NCBI GenBank assembly: GCA_963759705.1
Contig: CAVXAK010000014.1
Coordinates: 112,034-176,033, forward strand
Direction of reading: 5' to 3'
DNA length: 64,000 nt
Source of the DNA: an uncultured Alphaproteobacteria bacterium
GTDB lineage: Bacteria; Pseudomonadota; Alphaproteobacteria; Rhizobiales; Xanthobacteraceae
Below are positions 1 to 8,925 of the stretch, piece by piece. The first letter of the stretch is position 1. The number at the start of each line of letters is the position of its first letter. The position numbers and the translations under genes were made by a program. The notes under the pieces are model-generated. The model ran no database searches and had not been told where the DNA came from. It saw nothing but the letters and a program-made list of their open reading frames with translations.

Positions 1-95
1 CTATTTTCCTCAATTGTTCTTCTCCCCTGGCGGGGAGGTTTCTTGCGCTGGGGGTGTTTGAGTATAGCGCGGGGAAAATCGACGCGACAGCAGCC

Positions 96-1121
96 TTACT
101 GCTGATCGAGCACCGCGCGCACCCGCTCCACGATATCGTTTGGCGTGTTGGCGAGGTCGGCAACCAGCGCCTGCACCTTCTCGCCGGTCAACGGACTGAG
201 ATCGAAGCCGATCTTGGCTGCATCAGCCAGGAAACCTTCGTCCTTCATGGTCGCATCGAACGCGCGCCGCAAGGCCTCGACCCTGTCCGCCGGCACGTCC
301 GGCGGTAGAAAATAGGGCCGCCCGATGTCGGTGCGGCCGAACAGCATCAACAGCGCCTGGCGATCGGACGGCGTCTTAGCGAGATCGAGGATCAGCGGCA
401 CATCGGCGAGTTTCCCGCCAGCGGGCTCGGTGCCGTATTGAGCAATCATCTTGATCTTGCTGTCGGCGATCCATGGCGACATCTGGGCCTTGACGGCCTC
501 CCAGCCGAGCGCGGCAACGCCCTCGGTCTCGCCGCGCTCCATGGCCATGTTCATTTGCGGTGTGCTGCCGTAGCCGGGCACGATCTTGAACTTGGTGCCG
601 AGTATCTTGTTGGTGAGGAGGGGGAAGTCGACCATGGTCGTGCCGGGCGTGGTGGCGCCGACGACGAGCTGCTTGCTGAGCAGGTCGGTCAGGCTCTGCA
701 CCGGCGCCGTATGCCAGACATAGGCGACGTAGGGTTCGCGGTTGGTGCTGCCGATCCAAATCAGCTTCGACGCATCGAAATGCGCGGCGGCCGGCTGCAG
801 CAATGGCGCCCCCGGAATGCCGTTAAGCGGCACGCCGATGACGGTGCCGTCCTTGGGCCCGAGCGTATAAAGCTGATTGGTCATGACGATGCCGCCGGCG
901 GTCGGCTGGTTCTGCACGATAATGAACGGGTGGCCCGGAATGTGATCGGGCATGTGGCGGGCCACGGCGCGCGCCATGATGTCGTAGGTTCCGCCAGGCG
1001 CCGAACCGACCACGAAGCGTATCTGCTTGCCCTTGTAAAAACTCGCCACGTCTTCGGCGGCCCGCGCCGGCACCGTGGCGAAGAAGGACAGCAGCGCAAG
1101 AACGAGGAGACGGCCCATCAT
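96..1121 (-). CDS. Bug/TctC-family periplasmic substrate-binding protein
   Basis: ORF 96..1388 trimmed to the ATG-ATG at 1121, which gives signal peptide MMGRLLVLALLSFFATVPARA. Bug-like core KQIRFVVGSAPGGTYDIMARAV. The start overlaps the upstream stop as ATGA. Confidence 0.8.
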   Translation of the reverse strand: MMGRLLVLALLSFFATVPARAAEDVASFYKGKQIRFVVGSAPGGTYDIMARAVARHMPDHIPGHPFIIVQNQPTAGGIVMTNQLYTLGPKDGTVIGVPLNGIPGAPLLQPAAAHFDASKLIWIGSTNREPYVAYVWHTAPVQSLTDLLSKQLVVGATTPGTTMVDFPLLTNKILGTKFKIVPGYGSTPQMNMAMERGETEGVAALGWEAVKAQMSPWIADSKIKMIAQYGTEPAGGKLADVPLILDLAKTPSDRQALLMLFGRTDIGRPYFLPPDVPADRVEALRRAFDATMKDEGFLADAAKIGFDLSPLTGEKVQALVADLANTPNDIVERVRAVLDQQ

Positions 1122-1856
1122 GCGTGCACGCGGCGTGCAGGGTGATCGGCCAGCAAGGAATCGAACAGGCGGCCGCGGCAATTGCTCCGATCGCGCACGC
1201 CGAGAAGCGTCAGCGCCTCCCAGATCACCACCTGGTTGCTGGTCACCACCGGCCGCCCGAGCTTTTGTTCGATGTCTTCGATGACCGGGAACGTCGAAAT
1301 GTTGGCGCAACTGATGAGATAGGCGTCGGCATCGGGCCGCGCTGCTTCGATCGCGCGATCGCGCCAGAACTGCGGCGGCGTCGCGCAATATTCGTCGCTG
1401 CCTTTGAGCGCAAAGCCACGGGCGTAGATCACCTCGTATCCGGCCTTATGCAGGAAATCCGCCTCTTCCTCGGTGGTGTGGGCGCTGTAGGGCGTCAGCA
1501 ACACGATGCGCCGGGCGCCGAGCGTCTCGAACGCGTGACGGATCGCGCTCGCCGTCGTCGTCGCCTTCGCCGCGCCGGCGCGCCGCCCCGCATCGAGGAG
1601 CTTGGCCTCGCCCTCAAGACCCTCGGAGGTCGAATTGGCGGTACAATGGAAAGCAACAACGTCACACTTGGCGTCGGTCAATGTGACGGTCGCCTCGCTC
1701 GACGTGCGGCAAGAGCTGATCGAGCGACATGTGATGCGCGCCGGTCATGCGCAGCCGCGCCACGTGCGCCTGCACGCCAGGCGGCACGTGCCGCACCATC
1801 TCCTGTTCGACCATGCGGTTCGACGACGGAATGATCAATCCGATGCGCGCCGTCAT
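1118..1856 (-). pseudogene. Asp/Glu racemase-family (maleate isomerase-like) gene, split by one frameshift
   Basis: The N-terminus MTARIGLIIPSSNRMVEQEM... (ORF 1662..1856) and the C-terminus ...TDAKCDVVAFHCTANSTSEG...VVTSNQVVIWEAL (ORF 1118..1681) lie in different frames. The span is 739 nt, not a multiple of 3. The break is near 1690..1705. Confidence 0.75.
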
Positions 1857-2039
1857 GCCGCCCTCCTAGCCGCTTTCCTCATCATGCCACTCTCGCGGTT
1901 CTTTGGATCAGGAGCTTACGCAAAAGCCGGCCGCTTTGAAACAGCACCCGGCAGCCAAAAAAACCTGTTGCCAGCGAAAACGCTGCGACTGCACCATAGA
2001 ACCCAATACGATAGCGCCAACGAAAAACGGGAGGACACC

Positions 2040-3032
2040 ATGCCGCATCGATCGGCCGCCACATGCGCGCTGGCTAAGGCTTGCACAGCACTCGCGCTTC
2101 TTGCGTCGCTTACCGTCGGGGCCAAAGCCGACGACGCCTATCCCAATCGCGCGATCCACATCGTCATCCCCTTCCCGGCCGGCGGACCGAGCGATGTTGC
2201 CGCGCGCATCATCGCGCAGCGGATGAACGAGGATTGGGGACAACCGGTTGTCGTCGACAACCGGCCCGGCGCCAACACCATCATCGGCGCCGAAGCCGTA
2301 GCGAAGGCCGCGCCGGATGGCTACACGCTGTTGATGGCGATCGATTCAACGCTGGTGATGAACCAGTACATTTACAAAACTCTGCCCTACGACCCGCTCA
2401 ACGATTTCGTGCCGATCACGACCACCGTGAAATCGATGTCGCTTCTCGCGGTGCCGGCGGCGAACGGACCAAAGACGGTGAAAGAGCTGATCGCGCGCGC
2501 CAAGGCGGCGCCGGGCAAGCTCAATTATGGCGCCGGCACCATCACCGCGCAGCTCATGGGCGTGCTCTTTAACAAAGCGGCAGGCATCGACGTCGTCTAC
2601 GTTCCGTTCAAGGGTACGGCCGCAACGGTGCAGGGCCTGCTCACCGGCAGTGTCGACATGGTCTATGGCGCGACCGTCACGGTCGGTCCGCTGATCGAGG
2701 GCGGCAAGGTGCGTCCGCTCGCCAAGCTCGACAGACGCAAGGAGCCCTACCCCGATGTGCCGACCCTCGCCTCCGCAGCCGACCTGAAAGATTTCGACGA
2801 TCTATCGGTATGGCTCGGCCTCGTCGCGCCCAAGGGAACGTCGCAGCCGATCATCGACAAGCTCAATCGTGAAGTCGTGCACATTCTGTCGGAACCCGAT
2901 GTGCAGCAAAAATTCAATCGGACGGGAAATTTCGCCGTGACCAGCACGCCGCAAGAATTCTCCGTCTTCATCCGCAAGGAAGCGGACCGCTGGTCCAAGG
3001 CGCTGAAGGAAGCCAATATCAAATTCGACTAA
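2040..3032 (+). CDS. Bug/TctC-family periplasmic substrate-binding protein
   Basis: ATG at 2040 follows GGGAGG. Signal peptide MPHRSAATCALAKACTALALLASLTVGAKA, then the Bug signature YPNRAIHIVIPFPAGGPSDVAARI...DNRPGAN. Confidence 0.85.
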   Translation: MPHRSAATCALAKACTALALLASLTVGAKADDAYPNRAIHIVIPFPAGGPSDVAARIIAQRMNEDWGQPVVVDNRPGANTIIGAEAVAKAAPDGYTLLMAIDSTLVMNQYIYKTLPYDPLNDFVPITTTVKSMSLLAVPAANGPKTVKELIARAKAAPGKLNYGAGTITAQLMGVLFNKAAGIDVVYVPFKGTAATVQGLLTGSVDMVYGATVTVGPLIEGGKVRPLAKLDRRKEPYPDVPTLASAADLKDFDDLSVWLGLVAPKGTSQPIIDKLNREVVHILSEPDVQQKFNRTGNFAVTSTPQEFSVFIRKEADRWSKALKEANIKFD

Positions 3033-3278
3033 GCGGCCGCCGACGCCACTTCGTATTTTGGTCCGACATTGTCAACTGGACGACGAAGTGGAAGTTGTAG
3101 CCGCGACGCGCCTGCCGCCCATGGTGGAGCGCGTTTCACGATAGGCAAGCCGCCAATTTTTGCGCCGGCTGCGAGCAATGCGCCCGCTTTTCAGTCCCGC
3201 CATCTTCCGGATGAGCACTCCCTATGCAACTGTGCCGCCCGAACGACGATCGATGTTGCAACCGCTGGGGAGGAAATC

Positions 3279-4259
3279 ATGCGCTGCATTCGCTTCGCTG
3301 CGCTCGTGCTGCTGTCGGCGCTCGCCGCCGCCAATTCTGTGACCGCTACGCGCGCCCAGGAGGGCTATCCCAATCGTGCGATCCACATCATTGTGCCCTT
3401 CCCCGCGGGTGGACCGTCCGACGTACTCGCCCGCATTATCGGCGAGCGCATGAGCGCAGATTTCGGCCAGGGCGTTGTGATCGATAATCGGCCGGGCGCG
3501 AATACGGTCATCGGCGCGCAGTTTGTGCAGAAGGCCGCGCCCGACGGCTACACCCTGCTGATGGCGATCAATTCAACGCTGGTGATGAACCAATACCTCT
3601 ACACGAACCTGCCCTACGATCCGATGAAAGACTTCGCCCCGATCACTCTGGTCGGCAAGACCGTCGGTCTGCTCGTGGTCAATGCGGCAAGCGACATCAA
3701 AACGGGGAAGGATCTGATCGCCAAAGCGAAGGCCGAACCGGGCAAACTCAATTGCGGCGCCGGGACGATCACCACCAAGCTGACGTGCTTTTTGTTCAAC
3801 GACAAGGCCGGCATCGATACGGTTTTGCTGCCCTATAACGGCAGCGCCGAAGTCGCGCACGGCATTCTCACCAAGAGCGTCGATTTCGTGTTCGATGGTC
3901 CGTCGGCCGTTCTCCCGCTGATCCAATCGGGCGATTTGCGCGCCCTGGCACGGCTCGACAGCCGGCCGTTTCCCGCAGTACCCAACTTGCCGACATTGGC
4001 CGAAGCGACGGGCGTCGATCTCGCCGATCTGGCGGTCTGGCTCGGTCTCGTCGCGCCGAAGGGAACGCCGGTGGCGATCATCAATAAGCTGCAGGCCGAA
4101 GTGGCCAAGGTCTTGAGCGATCCCAAAGTCAAATCGCGGGCCGATGCCGTCGGCCTTTACCCCGCCACCGATACGCCCGCGGAATTTGCCGCGTTCATCC
4201 GCAGCGAGGCCGCACGTTGGCCGGATGTGGTAAAGAAAAGCGGCATGCACTTTGACTGA
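3279..4259 (+). CDS. Bug/TctC-family periplasmic substrate-binding protein, tandem paralog of 2040..3032
   Basis: ATG at 3279 follows GGGGAGG. Signal peptide MRCIRFAALVLLSALAAANSVTA. YPNRAIHIIVPFPAGGPSDVLARI. Long identical stretches shared with the preceding gene. Confidence 0.85.
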   Translation: MRCIRFAALVLLSALAAANSVTATRAQEGYPNRAIHIIVPFPAGGPSDVLARIIGERMSADFGQGVVIDNRPGANTVIGAQFVQKAAPDGYTLLMAINSTLVMNQYLYTNLPYDPMKDFAPITLVGKTVGLLVVNAASDIKTGKDLIAKAKAEPGKLNCGAGTITTKLTCFLFNDKAGIDTVLLPYNGSAEVAHGILTKSVDFVFDGPSAVLPLIQSGDLRALARLDSRPFPAVPNLPTLAEATGVDLADLAVWLGLVAPKGTPVAIINKLQAEVAKVLSDPKVKSRADAVGLYPATDTPAEFAAFIRSEAARWPDVVKKSGMHFD

Positions 4260-4265
4260 GGACAA

Positions 4266-5351
4266 ATGACCGACATCGATATTCTTTCGCCGTTCCGCCT
4301 CGGCCCGCTCGAACTTCCCAACCGCGTGGTGATGGCGCCGATGACACGCAATCGCGCCGGGCCGGGCAACGTGCCGGTCCCGCTCAACGCCACCTACTAC
4401 GCGCAGCGCGCCAGCGCCGGGCTGATTATCAGCGAAGCAACGCAGGTTTCGCCGCAGGGCCAAGGCTATCCGGGTACGCCCGGCATCCACGACGCCGCAC
4501 AAGTGGCCGGCTGGAAGCTCGTCACCGACGCTGTCCATGCCGCGGGCGGACGGATTTACCTGCAGCTCTGGCATGTCGGCCGCATCTCGCACCCGAGCAT
4601 GCAGCCGGGCGGTGCGCTGCCGGTGGCGCCGTCGGCGATCGCGGCGTCGGGCCAGTTATGGACGTTCGACGGCATGAAGGATTTCGTCACGCCGCGCGCG
4701 CTTGAAATGAGCGAGATCGCAGACGTCGTCGAAGATTTTCGGCGGGGCGCTCGCAACGCGCGGCGAGCGGGGTTCGACGGCGTCGAACTGCATGGTGCCA
4801 ACGGCTATCTGATCGATCAATTCCTGCGCGACAAGACGAACCGGCGCACCGATCGCTACGGTGGTAGCGTTTCGAACCGTGTGCGTTTCTTGATCGAAGT
4901 CACGGAAGCCATGGTCGGCGAATGGGGCGCCGAGCGCGTTGGCGTGCGGCTGTCCCCGACAACGCCGTTCAACGACATGGCCGACAGCGACCCCGCCGGC
5001 ACGTTTTCGGCTGCCGTTGCCGAACTCGGCCGCTTCGGCCTCGCCTATCTGCATATCGTCGAGCCGGCTCCGGGCGATCCGGGTGCGCCCGGCGAGATGC
5101 CCGACATTCGTTTTTTTCGGCGGCTCTGGCGCGGCCCGCTGATGGCCAACAAGGGTTATGACCTGACGCGCGCGAATGCGGTTATCCGCGACGGTGCGGC
5201 CGATCTGGTGTCGTTCGCGGCACTTTTCCTCGCCAATCCCGACCTGCCTGAACGCTTCCGGCGCGGCGCTTCCTTCAATCCGCCGGACCGCAAGACGTTC
5301 TACGGCGGCGCGGCGCCAGGCTACACTGACTACCCCGCGTTGCAGGGCTGA
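4266..5351 (+). CDS. Old Yellow Enzyme-family NAD(P)H:flavin oxidoreductase (alkene / N-ethylmaleimide reductase-like)
   Basis: 361 aa. LPNRVVMAPMTRNRA...YYAQRASAGLIISEATQVSPQGQGYPGTPGIH...LHGANGYLIDQFL are typical OYE motifs. Confidence 0.85.
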   Translation: MTDIDILSPFRLGPLELPNRVVMAPMTRNRAGPGNVPVPLNATYYAQRASAGLIISEATQVSPQGQGYPGTPGIHDAAQVAGWKLVTDAVHAAGGRIYLQLWHVGRISHPSMQPGGALPVAPSAIAASGQLWTFDGMKDFVTPRALEMSEIADVVEDFRRGARNARRAGFDGVELHGANGYLIDQFLRDKTNRRTDRYGGSVSNRVRFLIEVTEAMVGEWGAERVGVRLSPTTPFNDMADSDPAGTFSAAVAELGRFGLAYLHIVEPAPGDPGAPGEMPDIRFFRRLWRGPLMANKGYDLTRANAVIRDGAADLVSFAALFLANPDLPERFRRGASFNPPDRKTFYGGAAPGYTDYPALQG

Positions 5352-5449
5352 ACAAACCCGCACCAGCGCGGATGCGAGATAAATCGACCGCGACGGTGTG
5401 CATAGCGGTAACTGATCTGCGCGGGGAACCGATTCCGTGAAATATAATA

Positions 5450-5467
5450 AAGCCATTTCAATGGCTT
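5450..5467. other. 8-bp inverted repeat (aagccatt-tc-aatggctt) in an AT-rich patch
   Basis: Read directly from the sequence. It sits in the 523-nt gene-free region 5352..5874. Confidence 0.5.
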
Positions 5468-5571
5468 AAATGGAAAACGCCTTCCTGTGATGCAGAGTCA
5501 CTTTCCGCTCCGTGTTATGGCGCTAGTTTGCAATGACAGTGGAAGGTCAATGAATAACAGGGAGCACTCCA

Positions 5572-5691
5572 ATGACCGCCGCCCTGAGGTACTTGGGTCG
5601 CATGACCAACAAGATTTTCGAGACCCGGATGGATCGGGCAGCGCGCAAGATCCGTAGCCGTCAACAGCTGTTCTCCCGCCGCGCCGCGTGA
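5572..5691 (+). CDS. Possible 39-aa basic small protein (MTAALRYLGRMTNKIFETRMDRAARKIRSRQQLFSRRAA)
   Basis: ATG lies 7 nt after AGGGAG. It is below the ORF-track size cut-off and I recognise no family. Confidence 0.25.
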   Translation: MTAALRYLGRMTNKIFETRMDRAARKIRSRQQLFSRRAA

Positions 5692-5874
5692 CCGCGTCGT
5701 GACCCCTGGGATCGCCACGGAATGCCTTGTTGAGCGGGGTTGCGCGTGTTGCGGCACACATGCTCCGCGTTTCGACAGCTCATCGCGTGCCGGCCGTCTC
5801 TGACGCCGCACATGACAATGAAGTGACCCAAGAGCTGATCGCGCGCTGACGACGGGCCCATCACTGCGCCAGAC

Positions 5875-6579
5875 CTACGTGCCGAGCTTGACCGCCAAAT
5901 CCTCCATACTTGCCGCCTCGATATCGAACGGATTCATGGGCATGGGTTGCCCGCGAGGCGATCCATATTCGGCCGGCCGCGGGACGAAAGCCGTACGCAA
6001 GCCGAGCGCTCCTGCCGCCATCAGATCGTTGGTATGGGCGGCCACCATGATGCACTGATGCGGCATCAGGTCGAACGCTTCAACGGCGGCAAGATAGACG
6101 CGGGGCTTCGGCTTATAGTCGCCGGCGATCTCGGCACCGAGAATCGCGTCCCAGGGAAAATCATTGCGTCGGGCCAGATCGACCATCAGCGACAGATTGC
6201 CGTTGGAAACCGGCGCCAGCAGATAACGGCGCTTAAGTCGTGAAAGCCCGCGCGCAACATCGGGCCACGCGTCCAGACGGTGCCAAGCGAGATTCAAATT
6301 GCGGCGTTGATCCTCGCTCAGCATGATGCCCCGTCGGCGCAGCACCAGTTCGAGGTTACGCCGGTGCAGCGCGTCAAGTTTGCAGAACGGAATGCGGCCC
6401 GCCCGCACCTCCTCCATTGCACCTTGATATTCGGCGCGCCAATCATCTGCGAATGCGCTCCAATCGAGCGTATAGCCCAGAGGCTTGAGCATCGCCTCGG
6501 CTTCGCGCGCGATCGACGTGCGCCAATCGACCAGCGTACCGAAAACATCGAAGAACAGAGCTTTCGCCGCTTGCGTCAT
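5875..6579 (-). CDS. HAD-superfamily hydrolase, haloacid dehalogenase type II-like
   Basis: 234 aa. N-terminal FFDVFGTLVDW (DxxGT nucleophile motif) and C-terminal VAAHTNDLMAAGALG. Confidence 0.7.
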   Translation of the reverse strand: MTQAAKALFFDVFGTLVDWRTSIAREAEAMLKPLGYTLDWSAFADDWRAEYQGAMEEVRAGRIPFCKLDALHRRNLELVLRRRGIMLSEDQRRNLNLAWHRLDAWPDVARGLSRLKRRYLLAPVSNGNLSLMVDLARRNDFPWDAILGAEIAGDYKPKPRVYLAAVEAFDLMPHQCIMVAAHTNDLMAAGALGLRTAFVPRPAEYGSPRGQPMPMNPFDIEAASMEDLAVKLGT

Positions 6580-6657
6580 GCGATATTTTACCGCAAGGCG
6601 CCAGCGGATGCCAAAAGAGCTATTTGATCGGTTAAGAGCAGTTGCCGGGGAGCGGTC

Positions 6658-7260
6658 ATGTCGGAACTAGAAAGTTGGGAAACGCGCTTCCGCGCGCCCG
6701 GTTATGCGTTCGGCAAGGAGCCCAATGCCTTTCTCAAGGCCCAGGCCCACCGCCTGCGCCCAGGTCTGACGGCACTCTCGGTCGCCGATGGCGAAGGCCG
6801 CAACGGCGTCTGGCTCGCTGAGCAGGGCCTCGACGTCCTCACGATCGATTTCTCTTCGGCGGCGCTCGCGAAGGCACGGGCACTTGCGGAGGAACGCGGC
6901 GTCAAGCTGCGCACCGAAGTCGCCGACATCACCCGGTGGCAATGGCCGACCGACGCCTTCGACGTGATCGCCGTGATCTTCATTTTCGTTGCCCCCGCCG
7001 ACCGGCCGGCGTTTTTCTCGAACCTGAAAAAGGCTCTCAAGGCCGGGGGCCTGCTGCTCATGCAAGGCTATCGCCCGGAACAGCTCAGCTATCGGACCGG
7101 CGGACCGCCCCATGCGGAGCGCATGTACACACGGTCGTTGCTCGAAGATTCGTTCCGCGACATGGCCGAGCTCGAAATCCGCGAACACGACAGCGTCATC
7201 AGCGAGGGCACGGCTCACGTCGGCCTGTCAGCGCTCATCGACCTCATCGCCAGAAAGTAG
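6658..7260 (+). CDS. Class I SAM-dependent methyltransferase
   Basis: 200 aa. Glycine-rich motif LSVADGEGRNGVWLAEQG and the downstream acidic loop VLTIDFS. Confidence 0.7.
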   Translation: MSELESWETRFRAPGYAFGKEPNAFLKAQAHRLRPGLTALSVADGEGRNGVWLAEQGLDVLTIDFSSAALAKARALAEERGVKLRTEVADITRWQWPTDAFDVIAVIFIFVAPADRPAFFSNLKKALKAGGLLLMQGYRPEQLSYRTGGPPHAERMYTRSLLEDSFRDMAELEIREHDSVISEGTAHVGLSALIDLIARK

Positions 7261-7328
7261 CGTCTGGGTCAGACGTCTGGCGATCCAGCCATTCCACAAG
7301 CCAGCACAGAGCAGAAACGGAGATCCAG

Positions 7329-8192
7329 ATGCCGGATAATATTGCAGAGACTTTGCACGAATTGATCGTCGCTACGCGCATTCTCGCCAACGAGAACGTG
7401 CTCGACGCGTTCGGGCACGTCAGCGTGCGCCACCCCGATGATCCGCAGCGCTTTTTCATCCCGCGCCACCGCGCGCCGGAATTGGCGGAGGTGTCCGACA
7501 TCGTCGAACTCGATCTGGATTCCCAGCCGGTCAGGCCGACCGAATTCCGCCTCTATAGTGAGCGCGTGATCCACGGCGAGATTTACAAGGCCCGCCCCGA
7601 GGTCAATGCGGTCGTGCATCATCACGCCCACGCCGTTCTGCCCTTCGCCATCTCGGGACAGCAAATGGTGCCGGTTTTCCACCTCGCGGCCGCGATGGGT
7701 CACGTGCCGTTCTGGGATCAGCGGGACGAGTTCGGCGACACCAACATGCTGGTGGTCAAACCGGAGGAAGGCGCGTCGCTGGCGCGCGCGCTGGGGCCGC
7801 ATTGGATGGTGCTGATGCGCCGCCACGGCGCCACCGTCGCGGGCACCAATCTGCGCGAAATGACGTTCCGCACCGTGTTCAGTTGCGACAGCGCGAAGTT
7901 GCAAAGCCAGGCCATGGCCCATGGTCACGTCGATTCGCTTTCACCGGGAGAAATCGAGCGTGCGGCGGGACATAGCGTGCGGCCGCCCTCGATCCGACGG
8001 GCCTGGGACTATTGGGTGCGGCAGGTCGAGAAGGCCGGACTGATGCCTGCCAAGAGGGAAGCTGGCAAGAGCGGAAGGAGCACGAGCGCGGTGGCAACCG
8101 GCGCCGCAAAGCGTGCCGCGCCGGCAAAGCGCGGCAAGCCGAAAACCGCAAAGAAGGCGCTGCCAAAGACAACGGCAAAGAAGCGCCGGTAG
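7329..8192 (+). CDS. Class II aldolase/adducin-domain protein with a Lys/Ala/Pro-rich C-terminal tail
   Basis: ATG 7329 in frame within ORF 6936..8192. LDAFGHVSVRHP...VVHHHAHAVLPF (His cluster). Tail AKREAGKSGRSTSAVATGAAKRAAPAKRGKPKTAKKALPKTTAKKRR. Confidence 0.75.
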   Translation: MPDNIAETLHELIVATRILANENVLDAFGHVSVRHPDDPQRFFIPRHRAPELAEVSDIVELDLDSQPVRPTEFRLYSERVIHGEIYKARPEVNAVVHHHAHAVLPFAISGQQMVPVFHLAAAMGHVPFWDQRDEFGDTNMLVVKPEEGASLARALGPHWMVLMRRHGATVAGTNLREMTFRTVFSCDSAKLQSQAMAHGHVDSLSPGEIERAAGHSVRPPSIRRAWDYWVRQVEKAGLMPAKREAGKSGRSTSAVATGAAKRAAPAKRGKPKTAKKALPKTTAKKRR

Positions 8193-8281
8193 CGCTTTCA
8201 CATCGGCGCGTTATCGTTCAGCCCACGATCCGAAATCTCGCGAGGCCCGCAACGCCCGCAAAAAGACGCAAGAGGAAAATC

Positions 8282-8896
8282 ATGTCCAGCACGAAATCAT
8301 CCACCAAACGGCCACACAGTATGCAGTCGCCGCGTCTGTCAGAACTCTCCGTGGAAACCCTCACACCGGAACAACAGTCGCTCGCCAACTCGATCAAGTC
8401 GGGCCCGCGCGGCCAGTTCAAGATGAGCGGTCCGTTCGCTGTCTATCTTCATGCGCCCTCTTTCGGCGAGCTCGCGCAAAAGCTGGGCGGACATCTCCGC
8501 TTCAAGACCAGCATACCCCCGCGGCTTTCCGAGTTCGCCATTCTGGTCACCGCCCATCACTGGAAGGCGCAATACGAGTGGGCCATGCACGCCCCGATCG
8601 CCGAAAAGCAGGGCATCAAACCGCAGACTATCCGCGATCTTCAGGCGGGACGCGCGCCGAAATCGGCACCGCGGGACGAGATGGCGATTTACGCTTTCGC
8701 GAAGGAAATGTATTCCAAGAAGCGCGTCAGTACGGCGGCCTACAATAGGGTCTACAAGCTGCTCGGCGAAGCCGGCACTGTCGAACTTGTAGGACTTCTC
8801 GGTTATTACGCCATGGTGTCGATGACGCTCAATGCGTTTCGCGCACCATTACCCGAAGGTATGAAAGCGCCCTTTCCCGAACCCGCGGCAAAGTGA
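8282..8896 (+). CDS. Carboxymuconolactone decarboxylase (AhpD-like) family protein
   Basis: ATG 8282 in frame within ORF 8012..8896. AILVTAHHWKAQYEWAMHAPIAEKQG is typical of the CMD family. Confidence 0.7.
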   Translation: MSSTKSSTKRPHSMQSPRLSELSVETLTPEQQSLANSIKSGPRGQFKMSGPFAVYLHAPSFGELAQKLGGHLRFKTSIPPRLSEFAILVTAHHWKAQYEWAMHAPIAEKQGIKPQTIRDLQAGRAPKSAPRDEMAIYAFAKEMYSKKRVSTAAYNRVYKLLGEAGTVELVGLLGYYAMVSMTLNAFRAPLPEGMKAPFPEPAAK

Positions 8897-8925
8897 TCGC
8901 GCCGGCAGTGAGGCGCGCCCTGACC

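Noticed and set aside
5528-5556. Sigma70-like promoter (TTGCAA-N17-TGAATA) ahead of the small ORF at 5572
   Set aside because: The -10 element matches the consensus poorly, and the predicted start would fall inside the RBS.
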